From assembly GCA_034661055.1 (NCBI GenBank), contig JAYEKO010000046.1, forward strand, positions 1-16,856: 16,856 nucleotides of DNA, in the 5' to 3' direction. This document shows, piece after piece, positions 7,561 to 16,856 of this stretch. Every line of letters starts with the position of its first letter. The first letter of the stretch is position 1. The position numbers and the translations under genes were made by a program. The notes under the pieces were generated by a model. That model ran no database searches and had not been told where the DNA came from. It was given only the letters and a program-made list of their open reading frames with translations. Source of the DNA: Campylobacterota bacterium (GTDB lineage: Bacteria; Campylobacterota; Campylobacteria; Campylobacterales; Sulfurimonadaceae).

Positions 7561-8727
7561 TTGAAGGTATCAATTTTAAAATCTATTAGATATATTAAGT
7601 TTCATTTTATTGCTCTAGCATTTCTGTCTATAGCAATTTTGGTGCTTAACACTAGTCAAAACCAGACAACATTTATTTTAAAGTCACTCTACTCCCATCA
7701 AAATATGTCTCAAACTCTAAACACTTTAGATAACAATGATGTTGATCTAAATCTCATAAATTTTCAAGAGTTATCAGATCTTCTAAAGTTCAACATTAAT
7801 GACATTAACACACGAATTTCATGGGATATTATTGCCAAAGTCTTTAAAAAGGAAGCAGAACATAAACATCAAGTCAGTAACCTTCACGACAGTACTCTTA
7901 AATTTACAAATGCCATAAATGGAGTGCTTACATCTTCAAATAAAAACAGTAACACAACGCTAGAGATGCACAATAAACTTCGCTCCAACATAGCAAACCT
8001 AATAGAAGCCAACAATATAATACTTTTTCAAAAAGAGACGATTATAAGTTATTTAATCTATTTTACAGTCTTTTATATAATCTTAATTACACTCACATAT
8101 ACCTCCCAACTTGCTTCAACCATTCGTGACCTTCAAGCAGTCACTAAAAGAGAACCAGGGTATCAATACGAGACGATGGAGCTTGATTATCTCAACAACA
8201 AGCTTACTAAGGTTGATGATAGCAAGCGTGCCGAGATTTTCTTTGACCCACTTACCAAGCTTAATAACCTAAAAGGAGTTCTTAATAAATACTCCAATCA
8301 GACGTTAACTCCATCTTATACACACAATATCTATGTTTTTGGTATTGATAACTACTCCAATATTGATAAACAAATTGCAAAAGAGAATTCTCAGGCCGTT
8401 CTAAAAAAACTAGCATTTATTGTCTCATTATATGAAAAGGATAACGACTATGTTGCTCGTGTAGGTTTTGACTCATTTGTAGTTATTTTTCCGCGTGAAG
8501 ATAGCAATGCAGCATATCAAGAGTGTGAACAACTTCGTAAAACCGTTGAGGAGACTAGCTTTGTGTTTAAAGGGATTGACCTTAAGCATGTTACGGTTAG
8601 CGGTGTATTTCTTCCTAAGCCTAAAAATAAGACTATTAGTGAGACAATTAGCTATGGATTAAACTTCCTCAAGACATCTAAACATAGGGAGATAAATAAA
8701 ATCTATAAAGTACTAGGATTTCAATAA
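7561..8727 (+). CDS. Inner-membrane protein with periplasmic domain and degenerate GGDEF domain
   Basis: TTG start with SD AGAGG (7550-7554); TM helices at about aa 13-30 and 161-180; DPLTKLNN, IDNY, ARVGFDSF, VTVSG match the GGDEF fold with a degenerate active site. Confidence 0.8.
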   Translation: MKVSILKSIRYIKFHFIALAFLSIAILVLNTSQNQTTFILKSLYSHQNMSQTLNTLDNNDVDLNLINFQELSDLLKFNINDINTRISWDIIAKVFKKEAEHKHQVSNLHDSTLKFTNAINGVLTSSNKNSNTTLEMHNKLRSNIANLIEANNIILFQKETIISYLIYFTVFYIILITLTYTSQLASTIRDLQAVTKREPGYQYETMELDYLNNKLTKVDDSKRAEIFFDPLTKLNNLKGVLNKYSNQTLTPSYTHNIYVFGIDNYSNIDKQIAKENSQAVLKKLAFIVSLYEKDNDYVARVGFDSFVVIFPREDSNAAYQECEQLRKTVEETSFVFKGIDLKHVTVSGVFLPKPKNKTISETISYGLNFLKTSKHREINKIYKVLGFQ

Positions 8728-8853
8728 ACTATGTTCTCTTCATTTATGGTACCTTAACTAATATAAAACTCTGTGCTCTTTATTTCTATGATACTACAGG
8801 TAACAACTTTTATCTTCAACCCAATATATCGGCTATTTAACCTTCAACAAGTT

Positions 8854-8868
8854 TATAATAGATACAAT
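8854..8868 (+). promoter_or_regulatory. Candidate -10 elements for sdhABE
   Basis: TATAAT (8854-8859) and gaTACAAT (8861-8868) upstream of SD AAGGAAGG (8885-8892). Confidence 0.45.
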
Positions 8869-8895
8869 CTTTTACATTAAATTAAAGGAAGGTGT

Positions 8896-10614
8896 ATGGG
8901 TATTCCTATTTATACTTACGATGCAGTGATTGTTGGAGCTGGGCTGGCTGGCTCTGCTGCTGCACGTGAACTTGAAAAAGCCGGTAAAAAAGTTGCCGTA
9001 ATAACAAAACTCCATCCTCTTCGTAGCCATTCAGGTGCTGCGCAAGGTGGGATAAATGCGGCATTAAGTGACGAAGACAGTATTGAACTTCATGAGTTTG
9101 ACACTGTAAAAGGTGCTGACTATTTAGCAGATCAAGATGTTGTTGAGTTAATGTGTAAAGAGGCACCAAAAACAATTCGTTGGGCAGAACGAATGGGTGC
9201 AGCATTTAGCCGTAATAAAAACGGTACCATTGCACAACGTCCCTTTGGCGGACAGTCATCACCTCGTGCATGTTATGCAAAAGATAGAACAGGCTTAACA
9301 CTGCTTCAAACTATTTACGAGCAAGCTCTTCGTGAAGGTGTTGACTTTTGGGATGAGTGGTACGCTGCTGATATTATCTACAAAGACGGTAAAGTTAGTG
9401 GTGTAGTTGCGTTTAACATTAGAAACTTAGAGTATGCAGTCTTTAATGCTAAGTCAGTTATGTTTGCAACAGGCGGTTATGCACGAGCTTTTAAAATTAA
9501 CTCAAATGCCCATGCTAATACTGGTGACGGTCTCTCTATAGTAGCACGTCATGGTCTTCCACTAGAAGATATGGAGTTTGTACAGTTTCACCCATCAGGG
9601 CTCTCTGGAAATGGTGTTTTAATCTCTGAAGCTGCCCGTGGTGAGGGTGGTCGTCTTTTAAACTCTAAAGGCGAACGTTTTATGGAGAAATATGCTCCAA
9701 ACAAACTCGAACTTGCTTCTCGTGATGTTGTCAGTCGTGCCATTATCAATGAGATTCGTGAAGGACGTGGTGTCGGACCGCGTAAAGATGCAGTTTACAT
9801 TGACTTAGTTCATCTTGGAAAAGACCTTATTATGGAACGTCTCCCAGAGTTACGTGATCTAGCCATTACATTTTTAGGTCTAGATATGATTAAAGAGCCG
9901 ATCTTAATCAGTGCAACAGCACACTACTCTATGGGTGGAATTCCAATGAACAAAGAGGGTCATGTTCGTAAGAACAATACCGAATTTGTTGAAGGTTTTT
10001 ATGCAGCTGGTGAGTGTTCATGCTCAAGTGTTCACGGAGCGAACCGCTTAGGTGCCAACTCTGTTCTTGCAGCTCTCTTTTTTGGTCGCCATGTTGGACA
10101 AACTATGCTCAAAGATTTAGACGAAGGTCTTACACTTCGTGTTGCAACAGAAGATGATGCCAACACAATGATTAATGAAGTAAATACTACACTTAATAGA
10201 AATGGTACTGACACTGTTCCAGGTCTTCGTGAAGAGCTACAGCAGAGCATGACTGATAATGCAGGTGTCTTTAGAACTCAAGAGACTCTGGAGAAACAGG
10301 TTCAAATTCTAAAGAAACTTCGTAAGCGCTTTCATGAGAACTGTCGTATTGATGATAAATCTAAAATCTTCAACACTGACTTACAAGAGGCGATTGAGCT
10401 TGGTCACATGCTTGACTTCTCTTCATTTATTGCCAAGAGTGCACTTGAACGTAAAGAGAGTCGAGGTGCTCACTTTAGAGAAGATTATGACAAGCGTGAT
10501 GATAAGAACTTTTTAAAACATACAATGGCATATATGGACGATAATGGCGATATTACACTAGATTACATGGATGTAACTATGGGTAAATTCGAACTTAAAG
10601 AAAGAACGTACTAA
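8896..10614 (+). CDS. sdhA: Succinate dehydrogenase/fumarate reductase flavoprotein of an SdhABE-type complex
   Basis: [16 protein letters not shown] (covalent FAD His45), [44 protein letters not shown]. Confidence 0.93.
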   Translation: MGIPIYTYDAVIVGAGLAGSAAARELEKAGKKVAVITKLHPLRSHSGAAQGGINAALSDEDSIELHEFDTVKGADYLADQDVVELMCKEAPKTIRWAERMGAAFSRNKNGTIAQRPFGGQSSPRACYAKDRTGLTLLQTIYEQALREGVDFWDEWYAADIIYKDGKVSGVVAFNIRNLEYAVFNAKSVMFATGGYARAFKINSNAHANTGDGLSIVARHGLPLEDMEFVQFHPSGLSGNGVLISEAARGEGGRLLNSKGERFMEKYAPNKLELASRDVVSRAIINEIREGRGVGPRKDAVYIDLVHLGKDLIMERLPELRDLAITFLGLDMIKEPILISATAHYSMGGIPMNKEGHVRKNNTEFVEGFYAAGECSCSSVHGANRLGANSVLAALFFGRHVGQTMLKDLDEGLTLRVATEDDANTMINEVNTTLNRNGTDTVPGLREELQQSMTDNAGVFRTQETLEKQVQILKKLRKRFHENCRIDDKSKIFNTDLQEAIELGHMLDFSSFIAKSALERKESRGAHFREDYDKRDDKNFLKHTMAYMDDNGDITLDYMDVTMGKFELKERTY

Positions 10615-10625
10615 AGGAGCAGATG

Positions 10626-11603
10626 ATGACAACTATATCAACACAAACAATTACCTTTAAAGTGTTCCGTTTTAACGCTGAAACAGACTATCTTCCATAC
10701 TATAAAGAGTATCAGATGGAAGTAACTTCTGAAGAGGTTGTTTTAGACATTTTAAATCGAATAAAGTGGGAGTTTGATGGAACTTTCTCATACAGAAGAA
10801 GCTGCCGTCACGGAATCTGTGGCGCCTGTGCTGTTAAAATTAATGGTAAAGGTGTTCTTGCTTGTAAAGAACGCATGAACGACATTATTGAACTGTTTGG
10901 AACAGAGCTTACTATTGACCCTCTAAGTGAAAAACGCGCAGTAAAAGATATGATAATTGACAAAGAAGATTTCTGGGTCAAACACGAAGAGGTTAAGCCA
11001 TACTTAATTAGCCATATTGAAGAGCACCCAGAAATGGAGTGTGCTGTAACACCAGAACAAGCTGAAGAGCTTCTAGAATCAGACCTATGTATTCAATGTG
11101 GACTGTGTCACTACTCTTGTCCTGCATTAGAAGAGAATGAAGCATTTTTTGGTCCAGCTGCATTTGCAAAAGCGTACCGTTTTAACGCTGATGTCCGTGA
11201 TGACGGCATTGAAGAGCGTATTGAGATTGTCAACCAGCCTGGTGCAGGTGTTTGGGACTGTGTTAAATGTTTTGAATGTGCAGAGGTCTGTCCAAAAGAG
11301 GTAAATCCAATTGAGAAGATTACAAAACTTCACAATCAACTCTTTGAACACGGTATGGCACCAAGCAATGTCGCGACACGTCACGCCGTTGGTTTTGCAC
11401 ACTCAATCAAAAAACATGGTATTCTTGATGAAGGTGAACTGGTACGCTACTCTGAAGGTAACATTGGTGTACTTAAACATGTTCCAGTTGCAATTAAGAT
11501 GTTTAAAAAAGGCAAGATCACTATGCCGTGGCATATGCCAAAATCAGATAAACTTGATGAGATTAAAAAACTTGTAAAAATCTCTTCTACAGTAAAATTT
11601 TAG
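10626..11603 (+). CDS. sdhB: Iron-sulfur subunit, [2Fe-2S] plus two [4Fe-4S] motifs and a C-terminal extension
   Basis: SCRHGICGAC…LAC, CIQCGLCHYSCP, CVKCFECAEVCP. The second ATG (10626) is better spaced from AGGAG (10615-10619). Confidence 0.92.
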   Translation: MTTISTQTITFKVFRFNAETDYLPYYKEYQMEVTSEEVVLDILNRIKWEFDGTFSYRRSCRHGICGACAVKINGKGVLACKERMNDIIELFGTELTIDPLSEKRAVKDMIIDKEDFWVKHEEVKPYLISHIEEHPEMECAVTPEQAEELLESDLCIQCGLCHYSCPALEENEAFFGPAAFAKAYRFNADVRDDGIEERIEIVNQPGAGVWDCVKCFECAEVCPKEVNPIEKITKLHNQLFEHGMAPSNVATRHAVGFAHSIKKHGILDEGELVRYSEGNIGVLKHVPVAIKMFKKGKITMPWHMPKSDKLDEIKKLVKISSTVKF

Positions 11604-11612
11604 GAGTACAAC

Positions 11613-12479
11613 GTGGAAAAATTAAAATATGCACTTTTTACGGGATGTACTGCTAAAGAGAGTACTCCTGAACAGCTAATGTCAACCTATGCTGTTGCTG
11701 AAAAGTTAGGAATTGAACTTATTGAGTTAAGCGAAGCAACCTGTTGTGGAGCATCTCACCTACAAGACTATGATGACTTCTTATCATTAGTTCTTAATGC
11801 GCGTAACATCTGTTATGCTGAATCACGTGGTCTTACAATGGTTACCATCTGTAATACCTGTCAGCTAAATACAGCAATGACAAAACATCGTCTCGATACG
11901 AACCCTGAACTCAAAGCTCGTGTAAACGAGAAACTTGCAGAGGTTGGATTAGAATACAAAGGTGAGTCAGAAATTACTCACTTCTTATATGCAATTATTG
12001 ATGACTTTGGACTTGACAAAATTAAAGAGATGGTTGTAAAACCACTCAGTGAATTTAATATTGCACCATTTTATGGATGTCATAATATTCGCCCTTCAGA
12101 GCTTGCTGGTGGTGATAATCCATACAATCCTACTTCACTCGATGACTTAATAATCGCTTGTGGTGGTCTCAATGTTAACTATGAAGAGAAAAATAAATGT
12201 TGTGGTTTCCATGCGGAGCTTCAATCTCCTCATACAGCAGCACGACTTACAGGTAAAGCCCTTATGGGTGCTATGGATGGTGATGCAGACTGGATGGTTA
12301 CACCATGTCCATTATGTCATTTAAAACTTGACACACAGTATGACCATGCATCTCATGCTGTTGGACGTGATGTTAAACTTCCAGTACTACATATGCAGCA
12401 GATGCTAGGTCTTGCTCTTGGATGTACTACTGATGAACTTGGTCTAAAACACCACGTTTCAGAAGTTAACTTTCTTTAA
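11613..12479 (+). CDS. sdhE: CCG-domain, heterodisulfide reductase B-like anchor subunit
   Basis: Two CCG domains: TGC…TCCG…CNTC and YGC…KCCG…CPLC; no TM helices; GTG start with SD AGGAG overlapping the sdhB stop. Confidence 0.88.
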   Translation: MEKLKYALFTGCTAKESTPEQLMSTYAVAEKLGIELIELSEATCCGASHLQDYDDFLSLVLNARNICYAESRGLTMVTICNTCQLNTAMTKHRLDTNPELKARVNEKLAEVGLEYKGESEITHFLYAIIDDFGLDKIKEMVVKPLSEFNIAPFYGCHNIRPSELAGGDNPYNPTSLDDLIIACGGLNVNYEEKNKCCGFHAELQSPHTAARLTGKALMGAMDGDADWMVTPCPLCHLKLDTQYDHASHAVGRDVKLPVLHMQQMLGLALGCTTDELGLKHHVSEVNFL

Positions 12480-12481
12480 TT

Positions 12482-12514
12482 TGTACGATAAAGGAACTCT
12501 CTCCTTTATCTACA
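12482..12514 (+). terminator. Hairpin after sdhE (terminator or mRNA-stabilising stem)
   Basis: GATAAAGGA-ACTCTC-TCCTTTATC (12487-12510), extendable by TGTA/TACA with a 1-nt bulge; no U-tract. Confidence 0.6.
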
Positions 12515-12538
12515 TCAACTCTTCTCTTAGGAACTTCA

Positions 12539-13303
12539 ATGAAAATCATCTCATGGAATGTTAATGGAATTCGTGCAGTAGCCAATAAAAATGCTTTAGA
12601 GTGGATTGATGAGTATCAACCAGATGTCTTATGCTTACAAGAGATTAAGGCACTGCCTAAACAGATCCCGGAAGCTCTTTTTACTCATGAAATGCCCTAC
12701 ACTAAAATAAACAGTGCCGAAAAAAAAGGCTATTCAGGTACGATGACTTTTTCAAATAGAGAACCAGACCTACAATCTACATGTAAATTCATAGACACTG
12801 AAAATGAAGGTCGTATTATTGAGCAGCACTATGATGATATTGCCATTTTAGGTGTTTACTTCCCTAATGGTCAAAAAAATGAAGAGCGTTTAGCCTATAA
12901 AATGAAATTTTATGACAGTTTTTTAGAGCACTGCAATACTCTACGTGCAGATGGAAAGTCAGTAATCATCTGTGGTGATGTCAATACCGCACACAAAGAG
13001 ATTGACCTTAAAAATCCTAAATCAAATTCTAAAACCTCAGGTTTTCTACCTATTGAACGAGAATGGATAGATAAGCTTGTAGATAACGGATATGTTGATA
13101 CATTTAGATATGTTCATGGTGATGTAGAAGAGCGTTACAGCTGGTGGAGCTACCGTTTTGGTGCACGCATGAAAAATATTGGCTGGAGAATTGATTATGT
13201 TTTTATCGCTGATGACCTGTGCGAGTACTTAGAAGATGCATTCATATTAGATGATATTACAGGGTCAGATCACTGTCCTGTTGGAATTACCCTCTCACTT
13301 TAA
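12539..13303 (+). CDS. xth: Exodeoxyribonuclease III / AP endonuclease
   Basis: MKIISWNVNGIRA, LCLQEIK, EGR, YFPNG, CGDVN, YSWWSYR, GWRIDY, GSDHCP. Confidence 0.96.
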   Translation: MKIISWNVNGIRAVANKNALEWIDEYQPDVLCLQEIKALPKQIPEALFTHEMPYTKINSAEKKGYSGTMTFSNREPDLQSTCKFIDTENEGRIIEQHYDDIAILGVYFPNGQKNEERLAYKMKFYDSFLEHCNTLRADGKSVIICGDVNTAHKEIDLKNPKSNSKTSGFLPIEREWIDKLVDNGYVDTFRYVHGDVEERYSWWSYRFGARMKNIGWRIDYVFIADDLCEYLEDAFILDDITGSDHCPVGITLSL

Positions 13304-13314
13304 CATATTTTCTG

Positions 13315-13320
13315 TATAAT
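13315..13320 (+). promoter_or_regulatory. -10 element for frdCAB
   Basis: TATAAT in the 43-bp xth-frdC gap, 26 nt upstream of the ATG; AAGG SD follows. Confidence 0.55.
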
Positions 13321-13346
13321 TCCATTATATTTCATAAGGTTGTTTA

Positions 13347-14111
13347 ATGACACAAAAATGTCCATTAGAGACACATAAAAAGAAAAAAGTCAGTATTGAC
13401 AAGATGCCTGCCAAACTTGATTACTTGCAGAGTATGTCAGGTCTTATTCTTGCGCTTTTTATTTCGGCACATCTATTCTTTGAGGCATCCATTATTTTTG
13501 GTTTTGAAGCTATGTATTTTATTACAAACCTATTTGAGGGCTACTACTTTTTTGGAGAAAAATATCCTTTTATTATCTCTATTTTAGCAGGTGCAATATT
13601 TTTTATCTTTATAGTTCACGCATTCATTGCTATACGAAAGTTTCCTGCTTCATATAGAGAATACAAAATCATTAAAAATCATACATCAAGAATGAATCAT
13701 CAAGACACCTCATTATGGCCTATACAAGCTATTACAGGTTTTATGATGTTTTTTTTAGGTTCAGTACATCTCTATATGATGATGAGCAATCCTGCAGACA
13801 TTGGTCCTTACGCTTCATCTGATCGTATCTACTCAGAGTGGATGTGGACTCTCTATCTTCTTCTCATTTTTTCTGTAGTCTCTCACGCAGCTATTGGTGC
13901 CTATAGGCTCTGCTTAAAATGGGGCTGGTTTGAAGGTAGCAATCCCAAAAAAAGCCGTCCCATCTTACGTAAAACCATGTACGGCATTATTATTTTTTAC
14001 ATTACAATGAGTCTCTACTCTTTAAGTGTCTATTTTATGATTGGCTACAATCACAGTGACAATGTAGGTGAACGCTATAGTCCTACACAAGTTACCAAGG
14101 AGACAAAATGA
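13347..14111 (+). CDS. frdC: Fumarate reductase diheme cytochrome b subunit (type B, 5 TM)
   Basis: [22 protein letters not shown]-x-x-KWGWF; four His at 42, 91, 141, 180 with the same spacing as Wolinella H44/H93/H143/H182. Confidence 0.94.
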   Translation: MTQKCPLETHKKKKVSIDKMPAKLDYLQSMSGLILALFISAHLFFEASIIFGFEAMYFITNLFEGYYFFGEKYPFIISILAGAIFFIFIVHAFIAIRKFPASYREYKIIKNHTSRMNHQDTSLWPIQAITGFMMFFLGSVHLYMMMSNPADIGPYASSDRIYSEWMWTLYLLLIFSVVSHAAIGAYRLCLKWGWFEGSNPKKSRPILRKTMYGIIIFYITMSLYSLSVYFMIGYNHSDNVGERYSPTQVTKETK

Positions 14112-16105
14112 AAATTATCTATACTGACACCTTAGTTATTGGTGGCGGGCTAGCTGGTCTTCGAGTTGCAAGTGGACTCAGAGAGCGCAATCAAGAAGTT
14201 ATTGTGCTCTCTATAGTGCCTCCTAAACGTTCTCACTCAGCAGCTGCACAAGGTGGAATGCAAGCAAGTCTTGCAAACTCTGCCATGGGACATGGCGACA
14301 ATGAGGATGTCCACTTTGAAGATACAGTCAAAGGAAGCGACTGGGGAGCAGATCAAGAAGTTGTTCGTATGTTTGTCAATACAGCACCAAAAGCAATTCG
14401 TGAGCTTACTGCTTGGGGTGTCCCATGGAATCGTGTTAAAAGTGGTGACCACAACGCTATTATTAATGCTGAACAAGTCACTATTACTGAAGATAAAGAA
14501 TCGCACGGTTTAATTACTGCTCGTGACTTTGGTGGAACCAAAAAGTGGAGAACCTGCTACACGTCTGATGGAACTGGGCACGCCATGCTCTATGCAATGG
14601 ATAATCGTGCTATGCAGGATGATGTCGATGTACATGAGCGCATGGAAGCTATTTCACTCATTCATGAAAATGGACGCTGTTATGGTGCTGTAGCTCGAAA
14701 CCTGATGACGGGAGATTTAGTTGCCTATATCGCAAAAGCTACTACTATTGCTACAGGGGGATATGGAAGAATTTACAGCGTCTCAACCAATGCTGTAATT
14801 TGTCAAGGTATTGGTCAGGCGATTGCACTAGAGACAGGAATTGCAACATTAGGAAACATGGAGGCGATTCAGTTTCACCCTACTGCCATTGTCCCCGTCG
14901 GTATCTTAACTACTGAAGGGTGTCGTGGTGATGGTGGTCTGTTACGTGATGTTGACGGTTATCGTTTTATGCCAGATTATGAACCAGAGAAAAAAGAGCT
15001 TGCATCGCGTGATGTTGTCTCTCGTAGAATGACAGAGCATATTAGAAAAGGCAAAGGAGTTCCGTCACGCTATGGAGATCATCTATGGCTTGATATTACT
15101 ATTTTAGGGCGTAAACATATTGAGAAAAATTTACGTGAAGTTAAAGACATTTGTGAAAACTTTTTAGGTATTGATCCTGCTGTAGATTTTATTCCTGTGC
15201 GCCCTACTCAACACTACTCGATGGGCGGTATTCGTACAAAACATACAGGTGAATCTCAAACACTAAAAGGACTTTACTCATGTGGAGAAGCGGCATGCTG
15301 GGATATGCATGGCTTTAATCGCCTCGGCGGAAACTCTGTAAGTGAGACCGTTGTTGCCGGAATGCTGGTTGCTGAATATATTGCCGATTTTTGTGACAAA
15401 CACGAGTCAAATATTGACATCTCTACTTCAACAATTGATAGATTTTTAAAAGCTGAAGAAGAGAAAATTGACAAACTTCTTAACAAAAAAGATGGTGAAG
15501 ATGCTTATGTACTGCGTCGTCGTATGGAAAAAATTATGATGGATAAGGTCGGTATTTTTAGAAATGAGAAAGACCTTCAAGGGGCAGTTGATGAGCTTCA
15601 ATCACTTTTAGTACGATCACGAAACATAGAAGTGTTTCGTTCAAAGTCACGCGCTTCCAATCCGGCACTTGTCAATGCTTACCGTACACAAAAAATGATT
15701 AAAGTGGCACTATGTGTCGCTTATGGTGCCCTGCTTCGTAAAGAGAGTCGAGGTGCTCATGCACGTGAAGATTACCCAAATCGTGATGATGCTAATTGGC
15801 TAAACCGTACCATCACTTCTTGGGGCAATACCAACCGTACACTTCCTGATGTCACGTATGAGAATATAGATATACACAAAATGGAACTCCCACCAGGCTT
15901 TAGAGGTTATGGTAAAGATAACACCATTACAAATTCACAAAGCCCTATTCGTAAAAATGCGGTAGATATTATGAGAGATGGTTTGAGCGAGAAAGGGGTA
16001 GATCGTTTTGAAATTCAAAATGCCTTAATGCCCTATAAACAACTTTTACCTAAAAAGTATCGTAGTAAAAATGAGAGATTAACGGAGTTATTTGATGAGC
16101 AGTAA
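14108..16105 (+). CDS. frdA: Fumarate reductase flavoprotein subunit
   Basis: [72 protein letters not shown] overlap with frdC. Confidence 0.96.
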   Translation: MKIIYTDTLVIGGGLAGLRVASGLRERNQEVIVLSIVPPKRSHSAAAQGGMQASLANSAMGHGDNEDVHFEDTVKGSDWGADQEVVRMFVNTAPKAIRELTAWGVPWNRVKSGDHNAIINAEQVTITEDKESHGLITARDFGGTKKWRTCYTSDGTGHAMLYAMDNRAMQDDVDVHERMEAISLIHENGRCYGAVARNLMTGDLVAYIAKATTIATGGYGRIYSVSTNAVICQGIGQAIALETGIATLGNMEAIQFHPTAIVPVGILTTEGCRGDGGLLRDVDGYRFMPDYEPEKKELASRDVVSRRMTEHIRKGKGVPSRYGDHLWLDITILGRKHIEKNLREVKDICENFLGIDPAVDFIPVRPTQHYSMGGIRTKHTGESQTLKGLYSCGEAACWDMHGFNRLGGNSVSETVVAGMLVAEYIADFCDKHESNIDISTSTIDRFLKAEEEKIDKLLNKKDGEDAYVLRRRMEKIMMDKVGIFRNEKDLQGAVDELQSLLVRSRNIEVFRSKSRASNPALVNAYRTQKMIKVALCVAYGALLRKESRGAHAREDYPNRDDANWLNRTITSWGNTNRTLPDVTYENIDIHKMELPPGFRGYGKDNTITNSQSPIRKNAVDIMRDGLSEKGVDRFEIQNALMPYKQLLPKKYRSKNERLTELFDEQ

Positions 16106-16832
16106 TGAAACCAGAGTATTAAAAATTTCAATTTTAAGATTTGATCCTCATGTAAAAGATGATGTTGCCCATATGGAGACTTTTGAGGTACAAGAAGCTC
16201 CTGGTATGACACTATTTATTGCCCTTAATGATATTCGTGAACACTATGACTCCTCACTAAAGTTTGACTTTGTCTGTCGTGCAGGAATCTGTGGTAGTTG
16301 CTCTATGCTCATTAACGGTCGTCCTGGGCTTGCTTGTAGTACGTTAACTGCAAACTTAGATGAAGAGATTACTCTAGCACCACTACCTGTATTTGAACTT
16401 ATAGGTGACCTCTCTATTTACACCGGAAAATGGATGCGCGGACTCGATGATAGACTTCAAACTTGGATTCATACAAAAGAAAAAGAAGTTGATGCTTCAC
16501 GTCTTGAAAAACCGATGGAACCTGAACTTGCAGAAGAGATCTACGAACTTGACCGCTGTATTGAGTGTGGCTGCTGTATTGCAGGATGTGGAACGGTTCA
16601 GATGCGCGAAGATTTTGTTGGAGCGGTTGGTTTAAATAAAATTGCACGTTTTCAACTTGACCCACGCGACGAACGTGAAGATGAAGACTATTTTAATTTA
16701 ATAGGTGATGAAAATGGCGTCTTTGGTTGTATGACGCTCCTAGGATGTGAAGATGTATGTCCTAAAAAGTTACCGCTTCAGTCAAAAATTGCCTATTTAC
16801 GACGTAAAATGGTTAAAATTGGAACAAATTAA
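16095..16832 (+). CDS. frdB: Fumarate reductase iron-sulfur subunit ([2Fe-2S], [4Fe-4S], [3Fe-4S])
   Basis: [10 protein letters not shown]…[26 protein letters not shown] (3-Cys motif); GGAG 16084-16087 is 7 nt before ATG 16095. Confidence 0.95.
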   Translation: MSSNETRVLKISILRFDPHVKDDVAHMETFEVQEAPGMTLFIALNDIREHYDSSLKFDFVCRAGICGSCSMLINGRPGLACSTLTANLDEEITLAPLPVFELIGDLSIYTGKWMRGLDDRLQTWIHTKEKEVDASRLEKPMEPELAEEIYELDRCIECGCCIAGCGTVQMREDFVGAVGLNKIARFQLDPRDEREDEDYFNLIGDENGVFGCMTLLGCEDVCPKKLPLQSKIAYLRRKMVKIGTN

Positions 16833-16856
16833 AAAAATAGATTTCTAAAAACATCC

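Noticed and set aside
12539..13303. xth as a functional part of the complex II cluster (repair of flavin-derived oxidative damage)
   Set aside because: Only adjacency supports it; xth is a common housekeeping gene and a hairpin separates it from sdhE.
151..16665. Short alternative-frame and antisense ORFs in the track (e.g. 151-441, 544-840, 3519-3890, 6400-6624, 7119-7415, 8906-9205, 11127-11402, 14237-14506, 16414-16665)
   Set aside because: All lie within or almost within well-supported genes, have no recognisable motifs, and look like shadow ORFs; the GSIGS repeat in 544-840 is just the antisense of PIDPE.
16829..16855. Possible 3' end of a convergent minus-strand gene (…DVFRNLFF*) overlapping the frdB stop
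   Set aside because: Only 9 codons visible at the window edge; cannot be supported.
1..16856. Mobile elements, prophage, defence systems, tRNA/rRNA, poly-G phase-variation tracts
   Set aside because: No transposase, integrase, nuclease-type defence gene, structured RNA gene or long G/C homopolymer was seen; intergenic gaps are all short.

Overview
AT-rich chromosomal window from a probably free-living Campylobacterota (epsilon-proteobacterium); taxonomy is inferred from protein style and gene context. In order: a stand-alone gene for a secreted acidic protein with three fibronectin-III-like repeats and an unrecognised C-terminal domain; a hypothetical protein plus DMT/EamA transporter; a minus-strand thiL-truD-psd-gdhA operon; a divergent membrane protein with a degenerate GGDEF domain; and two complete, different complex II operons separated only by xth. 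The first is a heme-less, type-E-like sdhABE with a CCG/HdrB-like anchor and no Tat signal. The second is a diheme frdCAB. No mobile element, CRISPR or RNA gene is evident. Main findings: (1) FrdC lacks the E-pathway glutamate (Wolinella E180 is Val here) and has a new Glu near the distal heme ligand, suggesting an electrogenic variant paired with a cytoplasm-facing SdhABE; (2) thiL apparently starts at a non-canonical ATT codon 47 codons upstream of the ORF-track start; (3) a compact bidirectional -10 element lies between thiL and the GGDEF gene; (4) the secreted protein ends in an internally duplicated FDW...FxLxG domain with a DxDxDG motif. All homolog comparisons are from memory and need alignment to confirm.
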